A DNA stretch of 48,829 bases. It comes from a virus (lineage: Duplodnaviria; Heunggongvirae; Uroviricota; Caudoviricetes). Shown here in pieces: positions 9,173-17,868 of this stretch. Each line of letters starts with the position of its first letter. Position 1 is the stretch's first letter. The translations under genes were made by a program, and so were the position numbers. Under the pieces are notes generated by a model, which worked only from the letters and a program-made list of their open reading frames with translations, did not search any database and was not told the origin of the DNA. The stretch lies in IMG/VR virus record IMGVR_UViG_3300005544_000021, one strand, 5' to 3'.

Positions 9173-11067
9173 TTTTTCTTTACCTGTTCATGATCAACAA
9201 CATGGGCATCAATATGGGTTTCCCCTCTTAATTTAGCCGCCATAACTCTATGTAATCCATTATCTATATAATGATCATTCCCTACTCTTAAAACACTAAT
9301 CGGGGATTTATTATTAGAATCAAGATGTTGATCAAGTCCTTTTCTGTGTACGTAGTTTTGCATTGCCTTCAATTTATGAATCGGCAGCTTTTGAATTGGA
9401 GCATTGGAAATTTTATTGTTGAACTCTTTGGGGTTATATTTTGGAAATGGAGTTTGCGTTTTTACTCCAATTTCTCCGGGTTGTTTATTCTTGGTTCTTT
9501 GCAGGAGATAATCTGCCAGCTTTCGGGCTCGGAATGGATCACGCACAACTTCATTAACCACGAAACCCCATGTATGTTTGAAACCTCGGACCTTTCGGGT
9601 TGCTACTCTATGATTCCCATCAACCGTAATATGATGACCAGTTTGTTTATCTTTAACGAAAATTGGAAATCTTGGTTCATGATTTTTCCATTTCTGCATT
9701 ATTTTCTTAGCTACAACCTGAGCACTTACACTGACTTGCGGGCTATGAATTTTATCAAGAGGAATCTTTTGGACTTTCATTCCTTTATACTCGCCACCAT
9801 ACGCTCTGTTAATTTTTACTCCCATTTTATCACTATCATGGTGATAGTCTTTATCTCCTACCCCAAGGTCACTATTATAAATTTGGTCTTTCTTTTTTCC
9901 ATGTTTTTTTCGTAACTTTGATATCATTGCAACAGCAGCCCGTTTTGATAAAATAGATTCCTTTATATCTGAATCAATTACATGTCCCCGAATATGGGTA
10001 AATCCCCGAACAGCTCTTGCGGCGGCTCGGTGATTACCATTAATCATTAAATGAAATCCATTTTTCAAACGCACAAAAATTGGAAGTTTATTTCCGGGTT
10101 GCTTAGATTTACCCCATGTTCCCTCAAGCTTCTTAGAAACAACCCGACTACTAATGGAATCTTGATTAGTGACAACTTTATCAAGAGGAACATTAGCTAC
10201 GGTGTGTTTTCTTGGGGTTCCATTTTGAATCTTATCAAGTTCTTTGTCTATAGCTTGGGAAGAAACCCTTTTGTTCCATTGAGCATTTGGAAAAATTGAT
10301 TGGGTTGGCATTTGTTCCCGATGGAAAGATGCCCCTTTTAATGTTACGTTTCCTTGAGGAGTTTTTTTGTGTATACGATGAATAGAATCTACCTTATCCA
10401 GAGCTTTATATTTTGGAATAATAGCTTCTTTGATATTACTATTTCGCTGTTTAAGTCTCTTGTATATCTGAGAAACATGTTTAATATGACCATAGGCTAA
10501 TTGGGCGGCATGTGGCCCCCCCGTTACAGCAGCCCCTAAGGCCATATGTCCGGGAGACATTCCCTTGAAAGCCAGAGCCCCTAAACCCCCCATTCCCCCT
10601 ACTCCTGCCGCACTATGAACGACATGTTTAATGAAATTCTTTCGGCCCCCATGTCTGCGGATTGTATCCCGAGCATGTATCTTCAGGGCTTGTTTTAGTT
10701 CGCCATCTTCATTTAATCCATCTTTGTTTATTATATTATGTTTTTCAAATCGTTGTAAAATTGAATGTTTTTTATTGTCTTTAGTATAAGGCCAACTAGT
10801 ATAATTATAATTATTGTTTTTATGAGAAACATAACCAGTAGTATGCCATTCATCTTCTGGCCATAAAGTATCATGAGTATGATGTTCTGAATCTCCTACA
10901 ACCAAATCATTTGTTTTAGTAATAACATAACGTAATCCATATTTTGATCTTTTAGATAATCCTTTTATACTTTCAATTGTAGGATTCATATGAACTTGAG
11001 GCATAGATTCAACAAGTCGCTCGTTACGAAATTTCTCAAAACTAATAATGTTATTGCTATTATTCAT
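9169..11067 (-). CDS. 632-aa basic multidomain protein with three ParB/Srx-like domains; probable head-packaged polyprotein
   Basis: INGNHRAAA, VDGNHRVAT and DNGLHRVMA motifs; leader ISFEKFRNERLVE; [LIV]-x-E at domain borders; both ends overlap neighbouring genes (ATGA). Confidence 0.75.
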   Translation of the reverse strand: MNNSNNIISFEKFRNERLVESMPQVHMNPTIESIKGLSKRSKYGLRYVITKTNDLVVGDSEHHTHDTLWPEDEWHTTGYVSHKNNNYNYTSWPYTKDNKKHSILQRFEKHNIINKDGLNEDGELKQALKIHARDTIRRHGGRKNFIKHVVHSAAGVGGMGGLGALAFKGMSPGHMALGAAVTGGPHAAQLAYGHIKHVSQIYKRLKQRNSNIKEAIIPKYKALDKVDSIHRIHKKTPQGNVTLKGASFHREQMPTQSIFPNAQWNKRVSSQAIDKELDKIQNGTPRKHTVANVPLDKVVTNQDSISSRVVSKKLEGTWGKSKQPGNKLPIFVRLKNGFHLMINGNHRAAARAVRGFTHIRGHVIDSDIKESILSKRAAVAMISKLRKKHGKKKDQIYNSDLGVGDKDYHHDSDKMGVKINRAYGGEYKGMKVQKIPLDKIHSPQVSVSAQVVAKKIMQKWKNHEPRFPIFVKDKQTGHHITVDGNHRVATRKVRGFKHTWGFVVNEVVRDPFRARKLADYLLQRTKNKQPGEIGVKTQTPFPKYNPKEFNNKISNAPIQKLPIHKLKAMQNYVHRKGLDQHLDSNNKSPISVLRVGNDHYIDNGLHRVMAAKLRGETHIDAHVVDHEQVKKK

Positions 11068-11909
11068 CGGTCAAACGGATATGTATTTGGAGTGAAGGGG
11101 GCAACATCCAGGACAATAATCTCCCCATAATTATCATCAAAATTAATCAAGCTGGCATCAATAGTTTCGGAGGCATTACTTGTTGGGTCTCCATTAGCGG
11201 TTAAGCCTGGATAAGAAGCTATGCGTTCTCCAATTTCAAGTTGTTCTATTATTGACTGACTATTGCCCACGTGTATGAACTTTTCTACAAATTTAATAAC
11301 TGGTTTATTTAGAATTGGACCATATAAATGAGCCTTCATTGAAAATGATAAGGTATAAATCAAAACTTGTCTTTGCGTAAAAGCCCCATCATATTGATCC
11401 TCAATTCCAATATTATTCAACACCACGGGAATATCTTTGGTGATGCTCATTTCTGGAATAATATGGGCACTAACGGTGAAGTCGGGGGTGAAGTAAGGTA
11501 ATATTTGCTCCACAATTTTAGTGGCATCCTCGGCATTCTTAACATAGATATAAAGATTGAATAAGATGTTATAGGGAGCATCAGTATAAACCATCTTGAA
11601 ATGATTTGGATCATCCCCCCGCCTAACAATCTTTTCAATCCGATTTAGTTTTCGTTCCGAATCATAAACAATATTTGTAATTTCAAAGCCCATTCGGGGC
11701 AAAGTTATTGCAGCTTGTTTTGTGATTTCTGGATCACCCTTAACTCGGGCCAGAAGCTTATCTTTGGCCGCATACGAAAGGGGGACCTTCATTTTCTCAA
11801 TTTCAGTTCCATTAGCATCTTCTCGGGCAATGTTGATATTATTGAACATTAAGCCAAAAACGGTTATATATTTTCTAAATAGCTTGTGGTAAAAATCTTC
11901 TCCGAGTAT
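11064..11909 (-). CDS. gp15: Tail sheath stabilizer / tail terminator (T4 gp15-like), probable ATA start
   Basis: KVPLSYAAKDK...ITLPRMGFEI...YDSERKLN...EQILPYFTPDF. The frame extends upstream of ATG 11849 through LGEDFYHKLFRKYITVFG to ATA at 11909. Confidence 0.92.
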   Translation of the reverse strand: MLGEDFYHKLFRKYITVFGLMFNNINIAREDANGTEIEKMKVPLSYAAKDKLLARVKGDPEITKQAAITLPRMGFEITNIVYDSERKLNRIEKIVRRGDDPNHFKMVYTDAPYNILFNLYIYVKNAEDATKIVEQILPYFTPDFTVSAHIIPEMSITKDIPVVLNNIGIEDQYDGAFTQRQVLIYTLSFSMKAHLYGPILNKPVIKFVEKFIHVGNSQSIIEQLEIGERIASYPGLTANGDPTSNASETIDASLINFDDNYGEIIVLDVAPFTPNTYPFDR

Positions 11910-11910
11910 G

Positions 11911-12621
11911 TTATGTTCCCTTCTTTACTTTCTCTATGGGTAAATGTTCAGGTTCAAACATAATATAACTTTTTTTAGAACGAACCCCTTGAGTTTCATT
12001 GGGAGATGTATTACGATACACAAGCCCATGTTTTCCCTTGCTTTTCATATGTTCAATATATTTGTTTACAACCTTGGCTCGTAAATCACTATGAATGCCA
12101 ATTAATCCCGCATCAAAATTATGCATATATGATTTAAATGAATTTCTTGAAGCTGCCGCAGTTCCAAACTTTTTATCGCTTGGGGCTTTACCAGCCATTA
12201 AATGAGAATGAACTTCCTCGGCAGTTTTATCATCAACATGTCTTGTATGTTTAACCCAAGTTTTGAATAGTTCTTTATTCTCGGGTTTAGAAAATACGGT
12301 TCCCGTAATATGAGAACCAATGGCGTGTTGATCCCATCCATTAGATGTTTGATCAAGTTTATGTAGTTTAGAACGACTTGGAGCTTTAGTGCGATAAACC
12401 CCTGGTTCATAATCTTTGCTATGAGTTTTTCCAGGTAGAGGTTCCCGTGGGTCTCCAAACTTATCTGCCATGGATTTATCCGAGGCAAAATGTGAACCCA
12501 AGGCTCTATCAATAGAAAAATCATGTCTATCAACCTTTAGTTTACCCCCTTCTATTTTTCGCAAGGTACCATGATACATCCAATTCGGCATTTCAATTAA
12601 GAATTGTCTAAAGCTTATCAT
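11911..12621 (-). CDS. ADP-ribosyltransferase-fold protein (ART-PolyVal-like) with capsid-targeting-like leader (MISFRQFLIE)
   Basis: MYHGT...GSHFASDKSMADKF...HGLVYRN...E...SYIMFEP pattern. ATG 12621 overlaps the gp14 stop. Confidence 0.65.
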   Translation of the reverse strand: MISFRQFLIEMPNWMYHGTLRKIEGGKLKVDRHDFSIDRALGSHFASDKSMADKFGDPREPLPGKTHSKDYEPGVYRTKAPSRSKLHKLDQTSNGWDQHAIGSHITGTVFSKPENKELFKTWVKHTRHVDDKTAEEVHSHLMAGKAPSDKKFGTAAASRNSFKSYMHNFDAGLIGIHSDLRAKVVNKYIEHMKSKGKHGLVYRNTSPNETQGVRSKKSYIMFEPEHLPIEKVKKGT

Positions 12622-13361
12622 AGATTCTCGGGCCAATTCTCGGCGAATGGGTCTTCCTCAGAGAAATCTAGAACATCACTTTCTTGTTTTAATTCTGTAT
12701 TGTCTTCTAGCGGATCAATTACGTCTAGGTTAAATCCTGGGCCAACAATGATATTACCTTGTTCATCAACTAAAGCTTTTCCATTTTGATCTTTTAAAGC
12801 GTAGTCATAAATGTTGGTACTTAGATTTTTCTGGATAGAATCTATCTCGGGAATTCCTGTGTTGAATTGCTCGTTAGAATATTCAAACAATTCACAGAAC
12901 ACATTATAGACTGGTAAGATTCCCAAGGGATAATGTATGGGCTTATTTTCCACATACTTTATTTGAAATACTTTGTTGTTCAGAGGATAGTAAATCAGGT
13001 CACTTTCATTTGGTCGCAGTAAGGAATATGGGCGTCCTATTTCATCATCAAAAACTCGTTTGGCAATCGTAAAGGTTATTTGATCCCGAATTTCAATACC
13101 AAACTTGCTCATGAAAGAACCTTCCCCCTGAAAGCCTTCCACATTAGTTACATACATTGCAATTTGAATTGCCTGATTGTAAGTTGAAATGTCGTCCTGT
13201 AGATATACTTTATCCAAATTATTCAGGGTTCGGGGAAGATAATAGAAGTCCAAACCATAGATAGAAATTGATTCAATAATCAAGTCCTCAAGCAAACTTT
13301 GCTCAGGAGAATAATCATAGTTCTCAAAGAAGACGTTTGTTATTGAACCAGATGACGGCAA
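12618..13361 (-). CDS. gp14: Neck protein (T4 gp14-like)
   Basis: EQSLLEDLIIESISIYGLDFYYLPRT...GSFMSKFGIEIRDQITF...RPNESDLIYYP...CELFEYSNE; TTG start. Confidence 0.95.
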   Translation of the reverse strand: MPSSGSITNVFFENYDYSPEQSLLEDLIIESISIYGLDFYYLPRTLNNLDKVYLQDDISTYNQAIQIAMYVTNVEGFQGEGSFMSKFGIEIRDQITFTIAKRVFDDEIGRPYSLLRPNESDLIYYPLNNKVFQIKYVENKPIHYPLGILPVYNVFCELFEYSNEQFNTGIPEIDSIQKNLSTNIYDYALKDQNGKALVDEQGNIIVGPGFNLDVIDPLEDNTELKQESDVLDFSEEDPFAENWPENL

Positions 13362-13364
13362 TTC

Positions 13365-14015
13365 TTATCCCTCACTTACTAAAAATTCATCAAGATCGGC
13401 ATGATTATGCAAGAGATAGTGTTGATCATAAGTAAAACTTTGTTTGGGAACCACCTTATAGTCTTGGTCTAAAATTACATAACCCTTATCGGACATGTAG
13501 TTATAAATGGAATCCCGATTTATTGTCTGATGGGTTTCCAGGGCAATAATGATTTTGTTGTTATCCAGAATTTTACTGGCTCCCCGGAGAACAAATTCTT
13601 CCGCTCCTTCCACATCAATTTTTATAAATCCAATATTAGTTGTGTCCCCAAAATAATTATCCAGGGATACACTCTGAACCATTTTAAATCTATTTGGATC
13701 ATGATCATAAACAGTAGCGTTAGCTATTGCCGGGGATATTGTGTGTCCTCCAGGATTGCTTCGGCAAGTCCAAAGCTTGATTAACCCATTTTCTGTTCCT
13801 ACAGCCCCATTAACAAATATTACGTTTTCATCTTTCACATTTTCCATTAGGGTGCGAAAGTTTTCTAGATTTGGTTCAAAGGCGTAAGTTTTCATACATT
13901 GTTTGGCGATCAAAGGAGTATAGCTGCCATGATTAGCCCCAATATCCAACCCAATTTTATCTAGGCAAGATTTGTTTAGACGAGCAATAATATCTCCAAT
14001 TAATAGTTCACTCAT
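13365..14015 (-). CDS. FkbM-family SAM-dependent methyltransferase
   Basis: LDIGANHGSY, YAFEPNLENF, LDNY...FIKIDVEGAEEFVLRGA. Confidence 0.9.
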   Translation of the reverse strand: MSELLIGDIIARLNKSCLDKIGLDIGANHGSYTPLIAKQCMKTYAFEPNLENFRTLMENVKDENVIFVNGAVGTENGLIKLWTCRSNPGGHTISPAIANATVYDHDPNRFKMVQSVSLDNYFGDTTNIGFIKIDVEGAEEFVLRGASKILDNNKIIIALETHQTINRDSIYNYMSDKGYVILDQDYKVVPKQSFTYDQHYLLHNHADLDEFLVSEG

Positions 14016-14384
14016 TTACCAACTCCCTGTTGCTCCAGCCCCAAATTTTCTTTTGGGAACATCAACCCCCTGCTTAATCTCAACATTCTTACTCATTCGT
14101 CCAGATTTCCAACCCGGACCAACTTTAAGTTTTACCTTTTTTCTCATTGTAGCTATACCATTATCCAAGTCCCGAAACTTATCCCTAATTTGATCTGTAT
14201 GATATTTCATATAAGATGGAGGAGGTTTAGCTTTCCACCGAGCAATTTCATCATCATACTTATGTTGTTGATGATGTGAATATGCCCCCGCCGCAACTGC
14301 AAGACCCCCAACAGCCCCCGCAACGGCGGCTGCTAGTTTTTTGTTTTCCTCAATTGGAATTATGTCTCGTAGTTTCTTGCTCAT
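14016..14384 (-). CDS. Basic hypothetical protein with Gly/Ala hydrophobic segment; MSKKLRDII...IEE leader
   Basis: AAAVAGAVGGLAVAAGAY segment; tight TAATG coupling on both sides. Confidence 0.65.
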   Translation of the reverse strand: MSKKLRDIIPIEENKKLAAAVAGAVGGLAVAAGAYSHHQQHKYDDEIARWKAKPPPSYMKYHTDQIRDKFRDLDNGIATMRKKVKLKVGPGWKSGRMSKNVEIKQGVDVPKRKFGAGATGSW

Positions 14385-14767
14385 TAAGGGGTATTAGATG
14401 TTACCGTTGTATTTGCTGCTGCTTGCTGCTGCTGAAGAATAGCCACGGCTGCTTTAATAGCTCCAGCTTCTGCATTATGAATTGCGGTAATACCTTCCTT
14501 AATCAAGATTTGGAGAAAAATTGTTTCGGCTACTGCAACATTAGTTCCGGGGGGAGCAGTAACTGCGGCTGTTACGGCAGCAAATGCCGCATCTTCCAGA
14601 ATCTTCAAACCAACTTGTAAATCATTTTTCCCAAGTTGAAGGGCAACAGCTTTCACCTGAAGCATTAAGGGACCAAAAAAAGTTATCAGGGCTTTATCTT
14701 CTTTACTAAACCAAGCCAGAAATGCATTTTTTTGATGATCAAACCAAGTTGTTATATTTTCAAACAT
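14384..14767 (-). CDS. Hypothetical Ala-rich protein, 127 aa
   Basis: ATG with AAGGA upstream; co-oriented in the late operon. Confidence 0.65.
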   Translation of the reverse strand: MFENITTWFDHQKNAFLAWFSKEDKALITFFGPLMLQVKAVALQLGKNDLQVGLKILEDAAFAAVTAAVTAPPGTNVAVAETIFLQILIKEGITAIHNAEAGAIKAAVAILQQQQAAANTTVTSNTP

Positions 14768-14799
14768 TTTTCTTTTTCCTTTATCATTTGATTAATTTG

Positions 14800-15684
14800 T
14801 TACCATGATCCTGAACTTCCGCCGCCACCAAAATCTCCACCCCCGCCCGCAAAACCCCCAACAATGGCTTTCTTGATATGTTTCTTAATATCAAATTTTG
14901 GAGACTTGTCTTTATTAGAAAACCATTTGGCTTTCCATTTTTTATCCGAATCAGCAGCAAAAGATTTATGAACTGGATTATTTGTGTCCCTCTTAACAAC
15001 ACCTGATGGTTGATAACTAGAGGCTCCAGCGTGCTTCAGAACAACACTATTCTTTTTCTCTTTTGCTGAATAACCCGCTTTTTTGGCAATTTGAGATTTA
15101 GCAAATGCATTATATACTCGTTGCTTCTTTGCTTCATCTCCTCCTCCCGCCATAATCTTTACCCTTGGGGGTTGTTTGTCTCGCAAAAATTCTTTGGTAG
15201 AATCCTTAACCGCCCCAATAATTCTAGAATTAGTTTCGGGAGAATGGTTCTTAGTTTTATGTATTTTCCCATTTATTGTAACAAGAGGCTTATATGTTTT
15301 TCCAAAGACATTCTTGCGGTGTTGAATACGGACAGTATTACCATCAATATTCTTTACTTCCCCCCAGCCCCGATTTTTTCCGGGCAGAGGCTCAAGGGCT
15401 TCTAATAGAAAATTTGTAAAGCTAAGCATTTTATGTTCCTTTAATTTTTTTGGCGGGGTTTTCCCAAAAGAGATTTTCGTGTTTCTATCCACGGGTTCCA
15501 GATGTGAACTATGAACAACATGAGTTAATACTTTATCTTTATGTTTGGCTCTAACATTTTGAACCTTATAAACATTTTCGTATTCTGTTTTTCCAACAAT
15601 CTTAACATAATGTCCAGGTTCCAATGTTTTACTGGTTCTAGTTTTGTTTTTATGTATTGGTCCAACATACTTATAGACAGACAT
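14800..15684 (-). CDS. Basic two-domain hypothetical protein with internal MLSFTNFLLE leader at 15429
   Basis: ATG 15684 immediately follows the gp13 stop; internal ATG 15429 has its own AAGGA RBS; Gly-rich tail. Confidence 0.7.
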   Translation of the reverse strand: MSVYKYVGPIHKNKTRTSKTLEPGHYVKIVGKTEYENVYKVQNVRAKHKDKVLTHVVHSSHLEPVDRNTKISFGKTPPKKLKEHKMLSFTNFLLEALEPLPGKNRGWGEVKNIDGNTVRIQHRKNVFGKTYKPLVTINGKIHKTKNHSPETNSRIIGAVKDSTKEFLRDKQPPRVKIMAGGGDEAKKQRVYNAFAKSQIAKKAGYSAKEKKNSVVLKHAGASSYQPSGVVKRDTNNPVHKSFAADSDKKWKAKWFSNKDKSPKFDIKKHIKKAIVGGFAGGGGDFGGGGSSGSW

Positions 15685-15685
15685 C

Positions 15686-16654
15686 TCACCCCACAAACAT
15701 TGACACGGGAATACTCAAACTATTAATCAATTCATACTCAAGTTCTTTCTTTTCTTGTACTGCCTCATCATAAATTTCCTGACCATTAAAACTCATGCCT
15801 CCCGGCATTTGCATGTTTCCAAACTTCTTTAAGTTACTGCCCCACTGAAGTTTAATCAAACACGTGGCATATTCCTGGAGCCACCAATTACTCCAAACTT
15901 CGGGATATGTGGCGGGATCAATTACCTGATAACATTCCACGATAATAAAATTTCCATCTTCTATTTGAGAATAATCCATATCAATATAAAGCTTATTCTG
16001 GTAGCGGTTGAACCGTAAAGGCTGTTTTCCTACTAAGATTTCCTCAATCAAGGCCACGTTTTGCATCGCCGTGTAATATGGAACAATCTCTAGATTATTA
16101 AACATATAAAGATCACTTAAAACCATTTGATATTTTAGGTTCCAGAGAATATTACTAGAGCTTGCTGAAATACCAACATCAAAAATTTGATTTACCCCAA
16201 TAATGTTTTCTGGTAAGGGTATAAAGCCTCCTAGTTGTGAGGTAATAGAAGCATTTGACCCTGTGGAGGTTGTTATTCCAATTGTTGGGGGGTTTGCATA
16301 GTCTTTGCCGTTTGTAAAAACTAAAGAAGTTATTGTACCATTTCCATTTGTTTGTACATAACCATTTGCCTCACTACCGTTTCCCGTAAAGGTAAGAAGA
16401 TCACCGTTTGTATAGTTTATTCCCCCATTTGCAATGGTTAGATCATAAATTGAAGTTGAGTGATTATTTGGAGTTAATTGATATTTGTAATAAATCTTAT
16501 CACTAGCATCCATGTGATAATCATAGAATTTCTGAAGGGCAAAATCTACCCGATTATCAACTTGCTCATCTGAGACGTTGATTTTTATGACGGGCTGGCC
16601 TAAATTTTCTAGGCAGTATTGTTTGAATGATGCTTTATTGGTTGGAACAGCCAT
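15686..16654 (-). CDS. gp13: Neck protein (T4 gp13-like) with ~80-aa inserted domain
   Basis: YCLENLGQPVIKINVSDEQVDNRV...QKFYDYHMD and WLQEYATCLIKLQWGSNLKKF...MPGG...NGQEIYDEA. Confidence 0.95.
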   Translation of the reverse strand: MAVPTNKASFKQYCLENLGQPVIKINVSDEQVDNRVDFALQKFYDYHMDASDKIYYKYQLTPNNHSTSIYDLTIANGGINYTNGDLLTFTGNGSEANGYVQTNGNGTITSLVFTNGKDYANPPTIGITTSTGSNASITSQLGGFIPLPENIIGVNQIFDVGISASSSNILWNLKYQMVLSDLYMFNNLEIVPYYTAMQNVALIEEILVGKQPLRFNRYQNKLYIDMDYSQIEDGNFIIVECYQVIDPATYPEVWSNWWLQEYATCLIKLQWGSNLKKFGNMQMPGGMSFNGQEIYDEAVQEKKELEYELINSLSIPVSMFVG

Positions 16655-16684
16655 TTCTCATTTTCCCAAATAATTTCTTTATGT

Positions 16685-16692
16685 TATTTAGG
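16685..16692 (-). promoter_or_regulatory. Late-promoter-like CCTAAATA upstream of gp13
   Basis: TAAATA core about 30 nt upstream of the gp13 ATG, same spacing as at gp19. Confidence 0.5.
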
Positions 16693-16733
16693 AAAAAAGG
16701 TAGTAGGAACGCCGAAACATTCCTACTTCTAGT

Positions 16734-16949
16734 TTAGCGACAGAATTTCTCGCCCTTATATCGTATACAATTATATTTTCTACCATGCACAGTGTATACT
16801 CTATTCATGGATTGTGGAGGCACAGAACTATGATAGCGATTGGTATTAATTATGGGTTCCCCTTCCACAACAACGGAATATAGTTTCTCTACTCCCGCCC
16901 AAGCTGAGAAAACAGCCCCAAAACCAGCTATAATTGAAATCGGGTCCAC
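16734..16949 (-). CDS. Small hypothetical protein with hydrophobic N-terminus
   Basis: GTG start, 71 aa, co-oriented. Confidence 0.5.
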   Translation of the reverse strand: MDPISIIAGFGAVFSAWAGVEKLYSVVVEGEPIINTNRYHSSVPPQSMNRVYTVHGRKYNCIRYKGEKFCR

Positions 16950-16952
16950 TTA

Positions 16953-17255
16953 TCAGCCCTTCTTCATTGCCTTGAGAGCAACCTTAGCTTCGGTAACGGT
17001 ACTTGTTCCGTTTGCCACGGCAACTACAGTGTTTGTGGGAACTACAGGGGCATCAGCAGGAATAAGACCATGTGTTTTTAGCATGGCATCAATTAGTTTA
17101 ATTATATCTTGAGCCTTAGATACAGTAGTTGCAACCCCAAGAATCTTTGCCCAGAGGTTAGCAATTACCGCAGGTTGAGCTAAACCAACCCAACCAGCCA
17201 CAACGGCTAGTACGTGTGTAACCCAAGGGTTAGATAATAGAAATGCAACATCCAT
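16953..17255 (-). CDS. Small membrane-associated hypothetical protein
   Basis: Hydrophobic N-terminal half (VLAVVAGWVGLA...); GGAG RBS. Confidence 0.6.
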   Translation of the reverse strand: MDVAFLLSNPWVTHVLAVVAGWVGLAQPAVIANLWAKILGVATTVSKAQDIIKLIDAMLKTHGLIPADAPVVPTNTVVAVANGTSTVTEAKVALKAMKKG

Positions 17256-17300
17256 AACAGTCTATCTCCTAAAAAAATGTTAATTATTATTATTCAGTTA

Positions 17301-17308
17301 TATTTAGT
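17301..17308 (-). promoter_or_regulatory. Late-promoter-like ACTAAATA
   Basis: TAAATA core in the intergenic gap upstream of ORF 17255. Confidence 0.4.
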
Positions 17309-17311
17309 AAA

Positions 17312-17602
17312 TTATGTATTTGCCTGATGTTTTTTGTTTATTTGGATCATTTTTGAATTGGCTTCCCTGGCAGTAAATCCATGGGGTTCTCCTACGGGCC
17401 AATCAACAACCATACCCTTGGTTAAAATTTTTCCCTCAATTGCCGGATTTCCCGTACATAAAAAAGAACCATTTGATACAAGACTGATATGATTTGTGGT
17501 TTCATCATGAACATGAACTGGTAATTCATCTCCTACGTGTTCATATAAATGAATCGCCCCTTTCAAATCTCCAAGCTGAATTGTTTGCATTAAAAGAGCC
17601 AT
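17312..17602 (-). CDS. Cupin-fold protein
   Basis: ELPVHVHDETTNHISLVSNGSF ... DWPVGEPHGFTA, two His-containing cupin motifs. Confidence 0.75.
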   Translation of the reverse strand: MALLMQTIQLGDLKGAIHLYEHVGDELPVHVHDETTNHISLVSNGSFLCTGNPAIEGKILTKGMVVDWPVGEPHGFTAREANSKMIQINKKHQANT

Positions 17603-17605
17603 ATA

Positions 17606-17851
17606 TTATAATATTACCATTCCGTTTGCTTGTTTAGTAAGATTAACCTTTGGGGGTTGAATTGGTTCTGGTTCTGGATTTGGATTATATGCCTTTGATC
17701 CATCCCACATCCATCCATCTTGCCAAGCTCCATCATATTGGATTGCGGTTATTCCTTTGGGGGCTTGCCAATTTTCAGGATCACCATCCCACATCATTGA
17801 ATTTATTACATTATTTGCTTTATCAATCAAAATATATACTTTCGCTGTCAT
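17606..17851 (-). CDS. Probable tail fibre assembly/accessory protein
   Basis: VYILIDKANNVINSMMWDG...W pattern typical of small genes following Gly-rich fibre tips; position supports this. Confidence 0.55.
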   Translation of the reverse strand: MTAKVYILIDKANNVINSMMWDGDPENWQAPKGITAIQYDGAWQDGWMWDGSKAYNPNPEPEPIQPPKVNLTKQANGMVIL

Positions 17852-17868
17852 ATCAATTTCCTTTCATT

